Origin: an uncultured delta proteobacterium
GTDB lineage: Bacteria; Desulfobacterota; Desulfobacteria; Desulfobacterales; Desulfosalsimonadaceae
DNA: 64,000 bases
Direction of reading: 5' to 3'
Assembly: GCA_963826785.1 (NCBI GenBank)
Contig: CAWGYD010000004.1
Coordinates: forward strand, 224,001 to 288,000
Shown: piece by piece, positions 31,402 through 41,367 of the stretch
Layout: each line of letters starts with the position of its first letter
How positions within the stretch are numbered: the stretch's first letter is position 1
The notes under the pieces: model-generated
Seen by the model: the letters and a program-made list of their open reading frames with translations, nothing else
Database searches by the model: none
Told to the model about the DNA's origin: nothing
Program-made: the position numbers and the translations under genes

Positions 31402-32226
31402 TTACTGCCACGTCACCTGCGGTTTATTGCGCAGCGGCATGCGCTGGTACCTGTACCTGGGATAGCCGACCATCATGGCGCCGAAACTGGTATGGCCATC
31501 CGGGAGCGCCATCGCCTTTTGCAGGGGCGGCCATAATGCGGCGGCCGCCTGAAAGAAACCGCCCCAGCAGGTCCCCAGGCCCAGCGAAGGGGCCGCAAGA
31601 TCCAGATAGGTCAGGGCGATGGTGCAGGCGGTCTGGGCGGTTCGGTCCGCACTGTTCCCATGGGCGATGATCAGGTGCGGCGCATCCCGGCAGATGATAT
31701 CCACACCGGCCTCCCATGCAGCCACCACCATGTCCATGTGCATGAGGCCGGCCATCTCGGGATGTTCCTTGATCATGTATCTCATCCAGTCGGCCACCAT
31801 CGAGATCAGGCGTTTGAGTTCATCCCGGTCATAGATCACATGCCATTTCACCGGCTGGGTATTGTGCCCGGACGGCGCAAAAGAGGCCATTTCGATTAAT
31901 TTTCCGAGCGCCTCCCGGTCCACGGTTTTTTTCTGATAGACCCGCACCGATCTCCGGGAGCGCAAAAAATGCGCCGTCTGATCCGGGTCGGTCAGCCACT
32001 CCTTGTTTATCGGCATGCACTGCTCCGGCGGCATCGCTTCATGGGACATGGCGCCGGTCGGGCATACGGCAACGCAGTGCCCGCAGCGGATGCACAGGTT
32101 TTGAGCGCCGGGCACCGGCCGGGGAACCCCGTCGCCTTCTTTGAAGTGGATGATTTTGATGGGACAGACATCCGCGCAGATACCGTCCTTGTTGCATTTA
32201 TCAGGGTCTACCGTTAACAGGGGCAT
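31402..32226 (-). CDS. Ferredoxin-fused nitroreductase family protein
   Basis: CxxDxxCxxxCP and CxxCxxCxxxCP; RRSVR, APSGHNTQP, GLGTCW. Confidence 0.92.
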   Translation of the reverse strand: MPLLTVDPDKCNKDGICADVCPIKIIHFKEGDGVPRPVPGAQNLCIRCGHCVAVCPTGAMSHEAMPPEQCMPINKEWLTDPDQTAHFLRSRRSVRVYQKKTVDREALGKLIEMASFAPSGHNTQPVKWHVIYDRDELKRLISMVADWMRYMIKEHPEMAGLMHMDMVVAAWEAGVDIICRDAPHLIIAHGNSADRTAQTACTIALTYLDLAAPSLGLGTCWGGFFQAAAALWPPLQKAMALPDGHTSFGAMMVGYPRYRYQRMPLRNKPQVTWQ

Positions 32227-32459
32227 GCGTTCTCCTTGGCTTTTAAAAATGGATCAGATGATGAATCGTTTATTGCCTTTAAAATTCAGTGTCAATCTAT
32301 GGATGGTTTTCCGGAAAGTCAATGGTTATAGAACGGTCGTTCTTTTTAGCGAATGCCCATCCATAAATGGTCAATTTGTCCGATTCCTGCGGCTAAAATT
32401 TTAAAATCGCTGAAACGCCGTATCGGGCAAAAAAGTGTTTTTTCCCGTTTGAGCACCCG

Positions 32460-35021
32460 TTATTTTTTCACCGCCCCGGCCAGCCCGCCCGAGGTCAGGG
32501 CCGCCAGGTTGACCAGGATCATCGGCAGGGGCAGGCCGCCGGGTGAGGCGAGATACCGGGGGGTCCACACCGGGCCGAATTTTTCCTTGTACTGGCGCAA
32601 TCCCTGAAAATTGTAAAAATTTTCCCCGTAGCGCGCCACCATGATCCCCACACGGTTCCAGAAAGGGGCCAGGGCATGGTCATCCAGACCGGTGAACGGT
32701 GCCATGCCCAGATTGAACCATTGATATCCGTTCCGGTTCCCCCACAACATCAGTTCGATGAACAAAAATTCCATCACCCCGTGGGGGGCGTCATGGCGGT
32801 ACCGCATCAGGTCGACGGACACCTCTTCTTTTTCCGCTCCCGTCAGCAGGTTGGCAAAAGCGATGGGAACGCCGTTGTGCCGGATAATGGCGGCGGGAAA
32901 CCGCCGGATGTAGGCCGGGTCGAACATTCCCAGTGAAAATCCCTTCTCCCGGGTTTTTTTGAATTCCAGCCAGTCATCGGATATGAGGCGCAGATCGGAA
33001 AGGAGCGGATCGATATCCGCTGGCATGACGATTTCAAACCGGCAGCCCTGGCGCTCCAGCTGGCGATAGGTACGGCGAAGCCCTTTTCTGGAACTCCCCT
33101 CCAGTGAAAAACCATCCAGCGGCACCCGGGCCTCTTCGCCCAGTTTGAACAGGGCAAGCCCCATGTCCAGGTAAATGGGAAGATTCTGCTGATCCACTTC
33201 ATAGAAAACCGGCCAGCCGCCGTACCGGTCCGCCAGGGTCCGAAAATCCCAGGCCAGTTCGGCCATTTCATCGCTTCCCCCCACGGGATCACCCATGGCC
33301 ACCCAGCTCCTGCCTTCCACGGCATACATGATGAAGGCGCTTTTTTTGTCATTGACCAGATAATTTTTGTCCGGCAGCAGGGCCAGATTGGCATAGGTTC
33401 GTTTCGATTTTTGCACCAGGGGAGCAATCGCGTCCACGTCCGCTGTTTTGAGCAGCTCGAAATCGGGTTGGGCCGGGCGCAGCAGCCGAATGGCCGCCAG
33501 CAGGACCGCCAGGCATATCGCGCCGAATTCCGCCCGCAAAAACCTCGGGGCGCTTGCCGAAAAGGCAAAATGCCACCATAGTTCATTGGAATATTCCACA
33601 TGACGATGGGAAAACAGCCCCAGCCAGACGGAACCGGCAAAGACGATCAGGATGGCCCCGATCCAGTCCGGGGTGAAATCGAGCTGCATGAGCGAGGTCT
33701 TCCGGTAGAAATGATATCTGCCGGGCAGGATGGCAATGAGAATGACCGCCAGGATCAGGGCTTCTTCATAGTCGAGCCCCTTGAAAATCGAGGCGAGGAT
33801 TCCCATGCCCAGCATGCATACCGTGAGCACGTAGGCGGCATCCATCCGTCGCTGGAGGCCCCGGGCCAGCAGCAGCAGGCCCATGCCGGCGATGCTGCCC
33901 AGGAAGTGGGACATTTCGATAAATGCCAGTGGGAACAGTTTCGAAAGGGCCGTCATTCGGTGGCTGACGGCGGGCATGGCGCCGGAGAACAGCAGGATCG
34001 CCCCGCCGGCGAAAGTGGCGAAAGACAGCAGCGGAGGCATGACCGTGGCCAGGGAGCGACTGTAGAGCCGGGCCAGTCGGTCAATCATGGCGCGCTGGTG
34101 AAGCGATTCGTGAATGCCCAGCAGCAGAACCGCGATCATCAGGGGAAGCAGATAGTAGATGGCCCGGTAGGCCAGAAGGGCTGCCGCAAGGGCTGCCGCC
34201 GGCACCTGCGGGGAGAGCATCAGCAGCATGACCGTCTCGAAAACCCCCAGGCCGCCGGGCACCTGGCTGATGAGCCCCGCAAACTGGGCGATCAGGAAAA
34301 AGCCCAGAAACGCGGTGAACCCTACGTCCGCCGATGGCGGCAGGAGCAGGTAGAGTACGCTGCCGGCCACGGTCCAATCGAGAACGGATATAAAACTCTG
34401 CCGAAAAAAAAGCCTCGGCCCGGGCAGGGAAAACTGCCAACCTTTGATGCGAAACGGTTGTTTTCGGATGGCGCCGGCCGCAAACAGGCAGCAAACTCCC
34501 GCCAGCAGGCCCATGCCCAACAGCCGGGTGGATGCGAAGGGCAGGTTCAGGTCCCCGGGCGGGTATACCGGGTGGAAGGTAAACACGCTTGCCGCCAGGA
34601 GGAGAAAGCCGATCCAGATGGAAAATGCCGCCATGCCGATGATCCGGGTGATATCGACGGCCGACAATCCCCATCCGGAATAGAGCCGGTAGCGCACCGA
34701 TGCACCGGCGATCATGGACAGGCCGATGTTGTTGGAAAAGGCGTAGCTGATAAAGGAGGCCAGGACGATGCGGGGCGTGGACATGGATATTTGGATGGCC
34801 CGGAAGGCGATCCAGTCATATCCGGACATCACCAGGTAATTGCACAGGGTCAGCAAAACGGCCAGCGACCCGGTGCGGCCGGGAAGGCGCCGCCACTCGG
34901 CAATGATGGCGCTGATGTGATAGGTGTGCAACTGGCGGTAGAGGACCCATAGGGCAAGAGAAAAAATGAGCACCCCGGCCAGGGGGAGTAGCTGTTTGAA
35001 ACGATGGTTCAACTGCGGCAT
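32460..35021 (-). CDS. mprF: Bifunctional aminoacyl-phosphatidylglycerol flippase/synthase
   Basis: Many TM helices, VPGGLGVFE, GDPVG, KLGEEA, EKGFSLG, DLMR, NLGMAP, YNFQGLRQYKEKF. Confidence 0.95.
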   Translation of the reverse strand: MPQLNHRFKQLLPLAGVLIFSLALWVLYRQLHTYHISAIIAEWRRLPGRTGSLAVLLTLCNYLVMSGYDWIAFRAIQISMSTPRIVLASFISYAFSNNIGLSMIAGASVRYRLYSGWGLSAVDITRIIGMAAFSIWIGFLLLAASVFTFHPVYPPGDLNLPFASTRLLGMGLLAGVCCLFAAGAIRKQPFRIKGWQFSLPGPRLFFRQSFISVLDWTVAGSVLYLLLPPSADVGFTAFLGFFLIAQFAGLISQVPGGLGVFETVMLLMLSPQVPAAALAAALLAYRAIYYLLPLMIAVLLLGIHESLHQRAMIDRLARLYSRSLATVMPPLLSFATFAGGAILLFSGAMPAVSHRMTALSKLFPLAFIEMSHFLGSIAGMGLLLLARGLQRRMDAAYVLTVCMLGMGILASIFKGLDYEEALILAVILIAILPGRYHFYRKTSLMQLDFTPDWIGAILIVFAGSVWLGLFSHRHVEYSNELWWHFAFSASAPRFLRAEFGAICLAVLLAAIRLLRPAQPDFELLKTADVDAIAPLVQKSKRTYANLALLPDKNYLVNDKKSAFIMYAVEGRSWVAMGDPVGGSDEMAELAWDFRTLADRYGGWPVFYEVDQQNLPIYLDMGLALFKLGEEARVPLDGFSLEGSSRKGLRRTYRQLERQGCRFEIVMPADIDPLLSDLRLISDDWLEFKKTREKGFSLGMFDPAYIRRFPAAIIRHNGVPIAFANLLTGAEKEEVSVDLMRYRHDAPHGVMEFLFIELMLWGNRNGYQWFNLGMAPFTGLDDHALAPFWNRVGIMVARYGENFYNFQGLRQYKEKFGPVWTPRYLASPGGLPLPMILVNLAALTSGGLAGAVKK

Positions 35022-35211
35022 GGGGCTGCTTTCCTGTTTTGAAAACGACCGGCGGACGGGTGTTTTAACCCGACATCTTTTTGAATTTTTTTATGATATG
35101 ATATCGCTTTGCGCCTGTCAAACGGCCGGCAATTCGGACCTTTTCGGCTCGGAAACCATTGACATGGGCATACCCATACCAAATGGCGGCATAGGGGCGA
35201 AAGGATAAACA

Positions 35212-35832
35212 TTGGAATCCTACATCAGCCAGATCGGTCCTTACCTTCAGCAATACGGATACTGGATCGTATTTTCCGCCATTCTGCTGGAAAATTTCGG
35301 CCTGCCGCTGCCGGGTGAAACCATGCTGATCACGGCCGCCATCCTGGCCTCCCAGGGGGGAAGGCTCAGCCTCGTTCCCCTGATCCTCACCGCCTGGGGC
35401 GCGGCGGTGCTCGGGGACAACTGCGCCTATGGACTGGGTCGATGGGCCGGGCGCAGGCTGGTGATCCAGTATGGACAGCACGTGTTTATCACCCATGAGC
35501 GCATCAAACGGGTTGAAACGGGCTTTAACCGGTACGGCGGCATCATCGTCCTGTTTGCGCGGTTCTTTGAAGTCTTCCGCCAGCTCAACGGGCTGGTGGC
35601 CGGCACCATGGAAATGCCCTGGCGCCGTTTCCTGTTTTATAATACCATAGGGGGCGGACTGTGGGTCTGCACCTGGACCATTTTGTTCTACTGGCTCGGC
35701 GACCGGGCCGGTCTGGCCCTGCGCTTTTTTAAAAAGTTCGAGGCCGATATCCTGGTTGCCATAGCCGTGCTGACTGCCGGTTATCTCGTTTACCGGCTGG
35801 TCCGCTGGTACCAGGCCCGCGCAAAGCAATAG
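35212..35832 (+). CDS. DedA-family membrane protein
   Basis: LENFGLPLPGET, LGDN.AY.LGR, FARFF...R. Confidence 0.93.
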   Translation: MESYISQIGPYLQQYGYWIVFSAILLENFGLPLPGETMLITAAILASQGGRLSLVPLILTAWGAAVLGDNCAYGLGRWAGRRLVIQYGQHVFITHERIKRVETGFNRYGGIIVLFARFFEVFRQLNGLVAGTMEMPWRRFLFYNTIGGGLWVCTWTILFYWLGDRAGLALRFFKKFEADILVAIAVLTAGYLVYRLVRWYQARAKQ

Positions 35833-35904
35833 GGGCCGGATCCATGCCCTGAAAATCGGGTAAAATAAATTTTTGACACCCCAGGCGAAAGACGGGCGCG
35901 GCAA

Positions 35905-37200
35905 ATGGCAGCACCTCGGGCGAAAAAATCGGATGCGAAAACCATACAAAGCGCCGCCGAAGTCCTGTCCGGCACAAAGACCAAGGGCCGTCTCCAGCGT
36001 CTCATGCCCTTTTTGGGCCCGGCGTTTATCGCAAGCGTCGCCTATGTGGACCCGGGCAATTTTGCCACCAATATCCAGGCCGGCGCCCAGTTCGGATACA
36101 TGCTGGTCTGGGTCATCGTGGCCAGCAATCTCATGGCCATGCTCGTCCAGACCCTGTCCGCCAAGCTGGGGATCGCCACCGGGCTGAACCTGGCGGAACA
36201 CTGCCGGCTCCGGTTTTCCCGGCCGGTGGTCATCGGTATGTGGCTTCTGATGGAACTGGTGGCCATGTCCACGGATCTGGCTGAATTCCTGGGGGCGGCC
36301 CTGGGGTTTCAGCTCCTTTTGGGCATTCCCCTGCTGGCCGGGGCGATGCTCACCGCGGTGGCCACCATCCTGATCCTGGGGTTGGAGCGATACGGATTCC
36401 GGCCCCTGGAGGCGGTGATTTCATCCATGGTGGGGCTGGTGGCCATATGCTACCTGGTGGAAACCATCATCGACCGGCCGGACTGGTCGGCGGTCTTCTA
36501 TCATGCGGTGGTGCCCCAGTTGTCCGGCGCCGAAAGCCTGGTGCTGGCATCGGGCATCCTGGGGGCGACCGTCATGCCCCATGCCATCTTCCTGCACTCG
36601 GCCCTGACCCAGGGGCGCATCGTGGTCAAAGACACCCGCCAGCGCAAGATGCTCTACCGCTATGAGATCACGGATGTCCTGATTGCCATGGGGATCGCCA
36701 GTTTCGTCAACATCGCCATGCTGATCATGGCGGCGGCCACCTTCTACAAGACCGGGCTGACCCACATCGCCAGCATCGAGGAAGCCTACCGGACGCTGGA
36801 GCCCCTGCTGGGAAAGGCGGCGGTGTGGTTTTTCGGGCTTTCCCTCCTGGTGGCCGGGCTGTCGTCGGCCACCGTGGGGACCAGCGCCGGCCAGATCATC
36901 ATGCAGGGGTTCATCCAGCGCCACATCCCCATCTGGCTGCGCCGGGTCGCCACCATGGCCCCTTCCGTGGCGGTGATCGCCATTGGCCTGGACCCCACCC
37001 GGACACTGGTGATCAGCCAGGTGGTCCTAAGCTTCGGGCTCCCCTTTGCCATCGTTCCCCTGGTGATGTTCACACGGCGCGCCGACATCATGGGCGATCT
37101 GGTGAACCGGTCCGCGACCACGGTGCTGGCCGGCCTGATTGCCGCGGTCATCATCGCGCTCAATATTGTTTTGCTGTATGAAACCTTTTTTTCCGGGTGA
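35905..37200 (+). CDS. mntH: Nramp divalent metal (Mn2+) transporter
   Basis: AYVDPGN, GATVMPH, SQVVLSFGLPF. Confidence 0.95.
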   Translation: MAAPRAKKSDAKTIQSAAEVLSGTKTKGRLQRLMPFLGPAFIASVAYVDPGNFATNIQAGAQFGYMLVWVIVASNLMAMLVQTLSAKLGIATGLNLAEHCRLRFSRPVVIGMWLLMELVAMSTDLAEFLGAALGFQLLLGIPLLAGAMLTAVATILILGLERYGFRPLEAVISSMVGLVAICYLVETIIDRPDWSAVFYHAVVPQLSGAESLVLASGILGATVMPHAIFLHSALTQGRIVVKDTRQRKMLYRYEITDVLIAMGIASFVNIAMLIMAAATFYKTGLTHIASIEEAYRTLEPLLGKAAVWFFGLSLLVAGLSSATVGTSAGQIIMQGFIQRHIPIWLRRVATMAPSVAVIAIGLDPTRTLVISQVVLSFGLPFAIVPLVMFTRRADIMGDLVNRSATTVLAGLIAAVIIALNIVLLYETFFSG

Positions 37201-37205
37201 GTGGT

Positions 37206-38120
37206 ATGTTCAAAAAAATCCTGGTGCCGCTGGACGGCTCTAAAATGGCGGAGGCCGCGTTGCCGGCCGCGGGTTTTCTGGCGGAAAAATTTGGCGGCTT
37301 TATCACCCTGCTGCATGTCATCGAAAAAGATGCGCCCCGGCAGGTTCACGGCCAGCCGCACCTGCAGGATGCGGCCGCGGCGCAGTCGTACCTGAATGAA
37401 ACGGCGCGCCATGCCGGCCTCGAAAAGATACTGGTGAAAACCCATGTGCACACGCCGGGGGTGGGCAATGTGGCACAAAGCATCCTGGCGCATACCTCTG
37501 AGTCGGAACATGACAGCGTGGTGATGTGCTCACATGGCCGGGGCCGGGCCCTGCACCTGTTTCTCGGCAGCATCGCCCAGGAAGTCATGGCCATGGGGCC
37601 GGTCCCGGTGCTGGTCACGCGGCCGGACAAAGGGGGAAAAATCCCTTCCTTTTCATGCTCGGCGCTGCTGCTCCCCCTGGACGATGAACCCGATCACGGT
37701 CGGGCGCTGCCCGTCTCCCGGGAACTGGCCCGGACCTGCGGTGCGTCCCTGCACCTGTTGCGGGTCATTCCCGATCTTTCCACCCTCTCCGGCACGGAAG
37801 CCGTCAAGGGGCGCTTTATGCCCGGCACCACCGCCCGTCTGCTGGAACTGTCCGCGCATGCGGCCGAAGGATTCCTCCGGTCTCGAATCGAGTCGCTGGC
37901 CGAGGCGGGTTTTGAGGCCCATGCCCATGTGCTGCGCGGCAATCCGCCGGATGTGATCGTCCGCGCAGCCGGGGAACTCGGCATCGATCTCATTGTTCTG
38001 GCCACGCATGGCAAGTCCGGCATGAAGGCATTCTGGGCGGGAAGTGTGGCCCACCATGTCTGCGGCCAGTCCCGGATTCCGCTGCTGCTGATCAAGGCCG
38101 GAAAGGAAACCCTTTCATGA
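37206..38120 (+). CDS. Tandem-domain universal stress protein
   Basis: ILVPLDGS, CSHGRG...LGSIA, ATHGKSG...GSVA. Confidence 0.92.
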   Translation: MFKKILVPLDGSKMAEAALPAAGFLAEKFGGFITLLHVIEKDAPRQVHGQPHLQDAAAAQSYLNETARHAGLEKILVKTHVHTPGVGNVAQSILAHTSESEHDSVVMCSHGRGRALHLFLGSIAQEVMAMGPVPVLVTRPDKGGKIPSFSCSALLLPLDDEPDHGRALPVSRELARTCGASLHLLRVIPDLSTLSGTEAVKGRFMPGTTARLLELSAHAAEGFLRSRIESLAEAGFEAHAHVLRGNPPDVIVRAAGELGIDLIVLATHGKSGMKAFWAGSVAHHVCGQSRIPLLLIKAGKETLS

Positions 38121-38209
38121 AGGGGGGAGGCGGCGGCCGTCAGGATTGATTCTCCAGGCGGCAGCCTGCGACCCCAGTCAATGCGTCTTTTATCGGGTTT
38201 TTGAAATCG

Positions 38210-38656
38210 TTATTCGTGGCATTTTACCAGCAGGATCGATGCCGGCAGGCTCCGTATCACCCGGTCCGCGTCATGCCCGAAGAGAAAATGTTCGAACCGG
38301 CCTTCTGCATGGGCGGGCAGGACAATCAGGTCGATATTCTCCTCCCGGACGGCCTTTTCGATTTCCACGGCCGGCTTGCCTTCCTTGATCCATTCGGTGA
38401 TCTTCAATCCGTTTTTCCGCTCGGCCCCAAGGAGGTGATCCAGTTTATTTTTGGCATCGTCTACCATGTACTGAAACTCTTTTTCCAGGCTGGGGATGGG
38501 CAGGTTCCATCCTTCCACGTTGAAAGGATCGTGAATGCTGTAGAGTACATACAAATCCGCGTGATATTTTCGGGCGAGATTGATCCCGGTTTCGTAAAGG
38601 TTTTTACAGTATTTCAGGGAATAACCGACCACCAGTATCTTTTTGAAATCTTCCAT
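38210..38656 (-). CDS. Universal stress protein
   Basis: FKKILV, EGKP..EI...IDLIVL, LFG. Confidence 0.85.
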   Translation of the reverse strand: MEDFKKILVVGYSLKYCKNLYETGINLARKYHADLYVLYSIHDPFNVEGWNLPIPSLEKEFQYMVDDAKNKLDHLLGAERKNGLKITEWIKEGKPAVEIEKAVREENIDLIVLPAHAEGRFEHFLFGHDADRVIRSLPASILLVKCHE

Positions 38657-38904
38657 GTCCTTCTCCCTTCGATTTGGCGCATATCCTTTTTTGGCGCGTC
38701 ATAATTAGATCATTCGTTGATAACCATAATCTAATCACCCATTGTGCGTAGGCAATCAACTTTTTAAAAGAAAATGCCTGCCAGCCATTGTAAAGCCGTG
38801 TTTTTGACAGCGTCGGCGATGATGATCATGATTTGGTGAAAATTGAAACAGTGCGAACGACCCCACCGCGTTTACGCGTTCAAACACCAAAAAGGAAGGT
38901 CAGG

Positions 38905-39633
38905 ATGGCCAATCATAATGTAGACGACCGGCTTGAAGACCCGGATGCCATGCTTCCCGTCCGCAGCGGGCGAAAAACGCACATCCTGGAAATTTCCGCT
39001 TTCCTGTTTCTGATCGTCCCCTCCATGCTGTTTTCCTTTTTCCTGGTCCGGCAGGGGAGTGTCGGGTTCGTTCTTACGGCGGTTTCGGTGATTTTGAGGG
39101 ATGCCGGACTGGTCTTTCTGGTCCTTTACTTCCTGTGGCGAAACGGGGAGGCGATCTCCCTGATCGGCTGGAAGAAAGTCCGGCCGGTCAAGGAAATCGT
39201 ATTGGGGGTGATCCTGTTTTTCCCCATGTATTTTGCCGCCTCCATCCTGGAGCAGGTGCTCAATGCAGCGGGGTTCTCCTCGCCGGCCACGCCGCTGCCG
39301 GAATTGCAGATTCATCTGAGCTATTTTTACATCGCGCTGGCGCTTATCATGGTCATCGTGGTGGCCATTTCAGAAGAAACCATATTCCGGGGCTATCTGA
39401 TGCTCCGTCTCGGCCAGACCACCGGATCGACGGTCGCAGCCATCATTCTTTCCTCTTTTATCTTCTCTTTGGGGCACGGCTATGAGGGATCGGCCGGTGT
39501 CATCACGGTGGGGTTCATCGGCCTGGTTTTCGCCGTCATCTTCTGGTGGCGAAAAAATCTGCTGGCGCCCATGACCATGCATTTCATGCAGGATTTTATC
39601 GGGATTATTCTTATCCGGCTGCAGACCGGGTGA
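38905..39633 (+). CDS. CPBP (CAAX/Abi) intramembrane metalloprotease
   Basis: EETIFRG, FSLGH, H...D motifs. Confidence 0.9.
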   Translation: MANHNVDDRLEDPDAMLPVRSGRKTHILEISAFLFLIVPSMLFSFFLVRQGSVGFVLTAVSVILRDAGLVFLVLYFLWRNGEAISLIGWKKVRPVKEIVLGVILFFPMYFAASILEQVLNAAGFSSPATPLPELQIHLSYFYIALALIMVIVVAISEETIFRGYLMLRLGQTTGSTVAAIILSSFIFSLGHGYEGSAGVITVGFIGLVFAVIFWWRKNLLAPMTMHFMQDFIGIILIRLQTG

Positions 39634-39668
39634 AGACGGTTTCCGGTCATGCTGAACCCGGCATCTTT

Positions 39669-40946
39669 TCAACCGCTGTGTTTCACCCAATTTCCGGGCA
39701 TTCCCGCCAGCAGGGCCAGCGCAGCCCCGGCCAGACCCGCGCCGATGAAAAACGCCGCCGCCGGGCCGATCTGAGCCCAGAAAATCCCGAACAGAAGGCT
39801 TGCCGGAAGCGCGGCCAGTCCTACGGTTCCGTGGTATAATCCGAAGGCTTTGCCGCGCATGGATGCCGGCACCAGGTCGGCCACCAGGGCGCGCTCCGCC
39901 CCTTCCGTCATTCCGTAAAATGCGCCGTACACTGCCAGCAGCGCCCCCACCATCCACAGGTGGAAGGCAAACGGAATGGCCAGGTAAACCCCGATGTAGA
40001 TCACCCAGCCGATGGCGATGGCCCGGCGGCGGCCGCCCCGGTCAGACAGCCGCCCCCCGGGGAGGCTGAAGAGGATTTTAGATAAGTGCAGCAGGACCCA
40101 CAGGGCGATCATCCATCCCAGTCCCAGGCCGAATCGGGTTTGGGCAAAGAAGATGAGAAACAGATCTGAGCTGTTTCCCAGAGCAAACAGGAGCACCGCT
40201 CCCAGGTAGAGGATAAAGGGTTTCGGCAGTTTGACGGGGGCAATATTTTTCCCGTCTGAAAAAATCTCCGGAGGACCCTCACAGGCGCCGGTTTCCCGGA
40301 CCCGGCGCCACAGGGTGAGGGTCGCGGCCAGCCCGGGAATAATGGCCAGTGCAAACACCCACCGCATGGCCTGCATTTCACCCGCGGTGGCCGCACCCTT
40401 TTCCTGGTGCCATACCATTTCCTGCCCCAGGACCAGCACCAGAAGCGCCATGGCAACAAGGGGACCGCACACGGCCCCTGCGTGGTCCATCAGCCGGTGG
40501 AAACTAAACGCCAGCCCCCGCACATCCGGATCAACGGAATCACACAGAAGGGCATCCCGGGGAGAGGTGCGGATGCCCTTTCCCACCCGGTCCATGAACC
40601 GAAGCACGATCACGTGCCAGCCGGCCGCGGCCAGGGCCAGCACCGGCCGGGACAGGCTGGAAATCGCATACCCGCCCAGCGCCAGGGGTTTTCGGATGCC
40701 CAGCCGGTCGCTCAACCATCCCGTATACATCTTGAGCAGACTGGCGGTGCTTTCCGCCACCCCCTCCATGAGCCCGATATAGACGGCGGCCATGGCCGGG
40801 GGGACCAGCCCCGTGAAAAAGACCGGGAGCAGCGGATAGATCATCTCACTGGACAGATCTGTTAGAAAGCTGACCAGCCCGAGAAAAAAGACATTGCCGG
40901 AAAGTGCCCGGCGCAAATCCAGATGAAATAATCCGCTGTCGTCCAT
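39669..40946 (-). CDS. MFS transporter
   Basis: SFLTDLSSEMIYP, GWLSDRLG, DRVGKGIRTSPRDA. Confidence 0.92.
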   Translation of the reverse strand: MDDSGLFHLDLRRALSGNVFFLGLVSFLTDLSSEMIYPLLPVFFTGLVPPAMAAVYIGLMEGVAESTASLLKMYTGWLSDRLGIRKPLALGGYAISSLSRPVLALAAAGWHVIVLRFMDRVGKGIRTSPRDALLCDSVDPDVRGLAFSFHRLMDHAGAVCGPLVAMALLVLVLGQEMVWHQEKGAATAGEMQAMRWVFALAIIPGLAATLTLWRRVRETGACEGPPEIFSDGKNIAPVKLPKPFILYLGAVLLFALGNSSDLFLIFFAQTRFGLGLGWMIALWVLLHLSKILFSLPGGRLSDRGGRRRAIAIGWVIYIGVYLAIPFAFHLWMVGALLAVYGAFYGMTEGAERALVADLVPASMRGKAFGLYHGTVGLAALPASLLFGIFWAQIGPAAAFFIGAGLAGAALALLAGMPGNWVKHSG

Positions 40947-41108
40947 GACCGATCAATATATCCTTCAGCCGCCACTTGCGCAACCTTCATCCGCGGTTCA
41001 TATGCAAAAGATCGCCCCCCTGATGTGCACCCGCCCGGGGGCTGGACGGCTTTGCCGTATTGTTGCTCATCTGATCATAACATGCGGTTATTTTGTGTCT
41101 TTTGAATG

Positions 41109-41137
41109 TTGACAGGGGGGTGGTTTTCTGCAAATAT
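41109..41137 (+). promoter_or_regulatory. Possible sigma70 promoter for the ABC exporter, implying a ~225-nt leader
   Basis: TTGACA at 41109 followed 17 nt later by AAATAT. Confidence 0.4.
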
Positions 41138-41367
41138 CGCCCGCCAATGAGTTTTTCCGGGGATGATTAACCCGGGCGCGGTGAGGGGTGGACCATCCGG
41201 TTGATCCGGATGTCGGAGGGGAGATCCGCACACACTTTTCACCCGAAACGATTCCAATTTTCATTCAAGCGGGTACCCGGGCGGCCAAACGGGGGCGGTT
41301 AAACGTACCGACCGTACAAGGCGCCCAAGACGCCGCCAATGCGGGAATCCTCTGAATCTGAATTGGG

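Noticed and set aside
25505..36201. Long antisense ORFs (25505..26860, 33600..34952, 35065..36201 and similar)
   Set aside because: They shadow well-supported genes on the other strand and carry no recognisable motifs, as expected in GC-rich DNA.
41176..41250. tRNA or tRNA-Sec in the structured leader
   Set aside because: No T-loop TTCGA, no anticodon arm and no CCA end.
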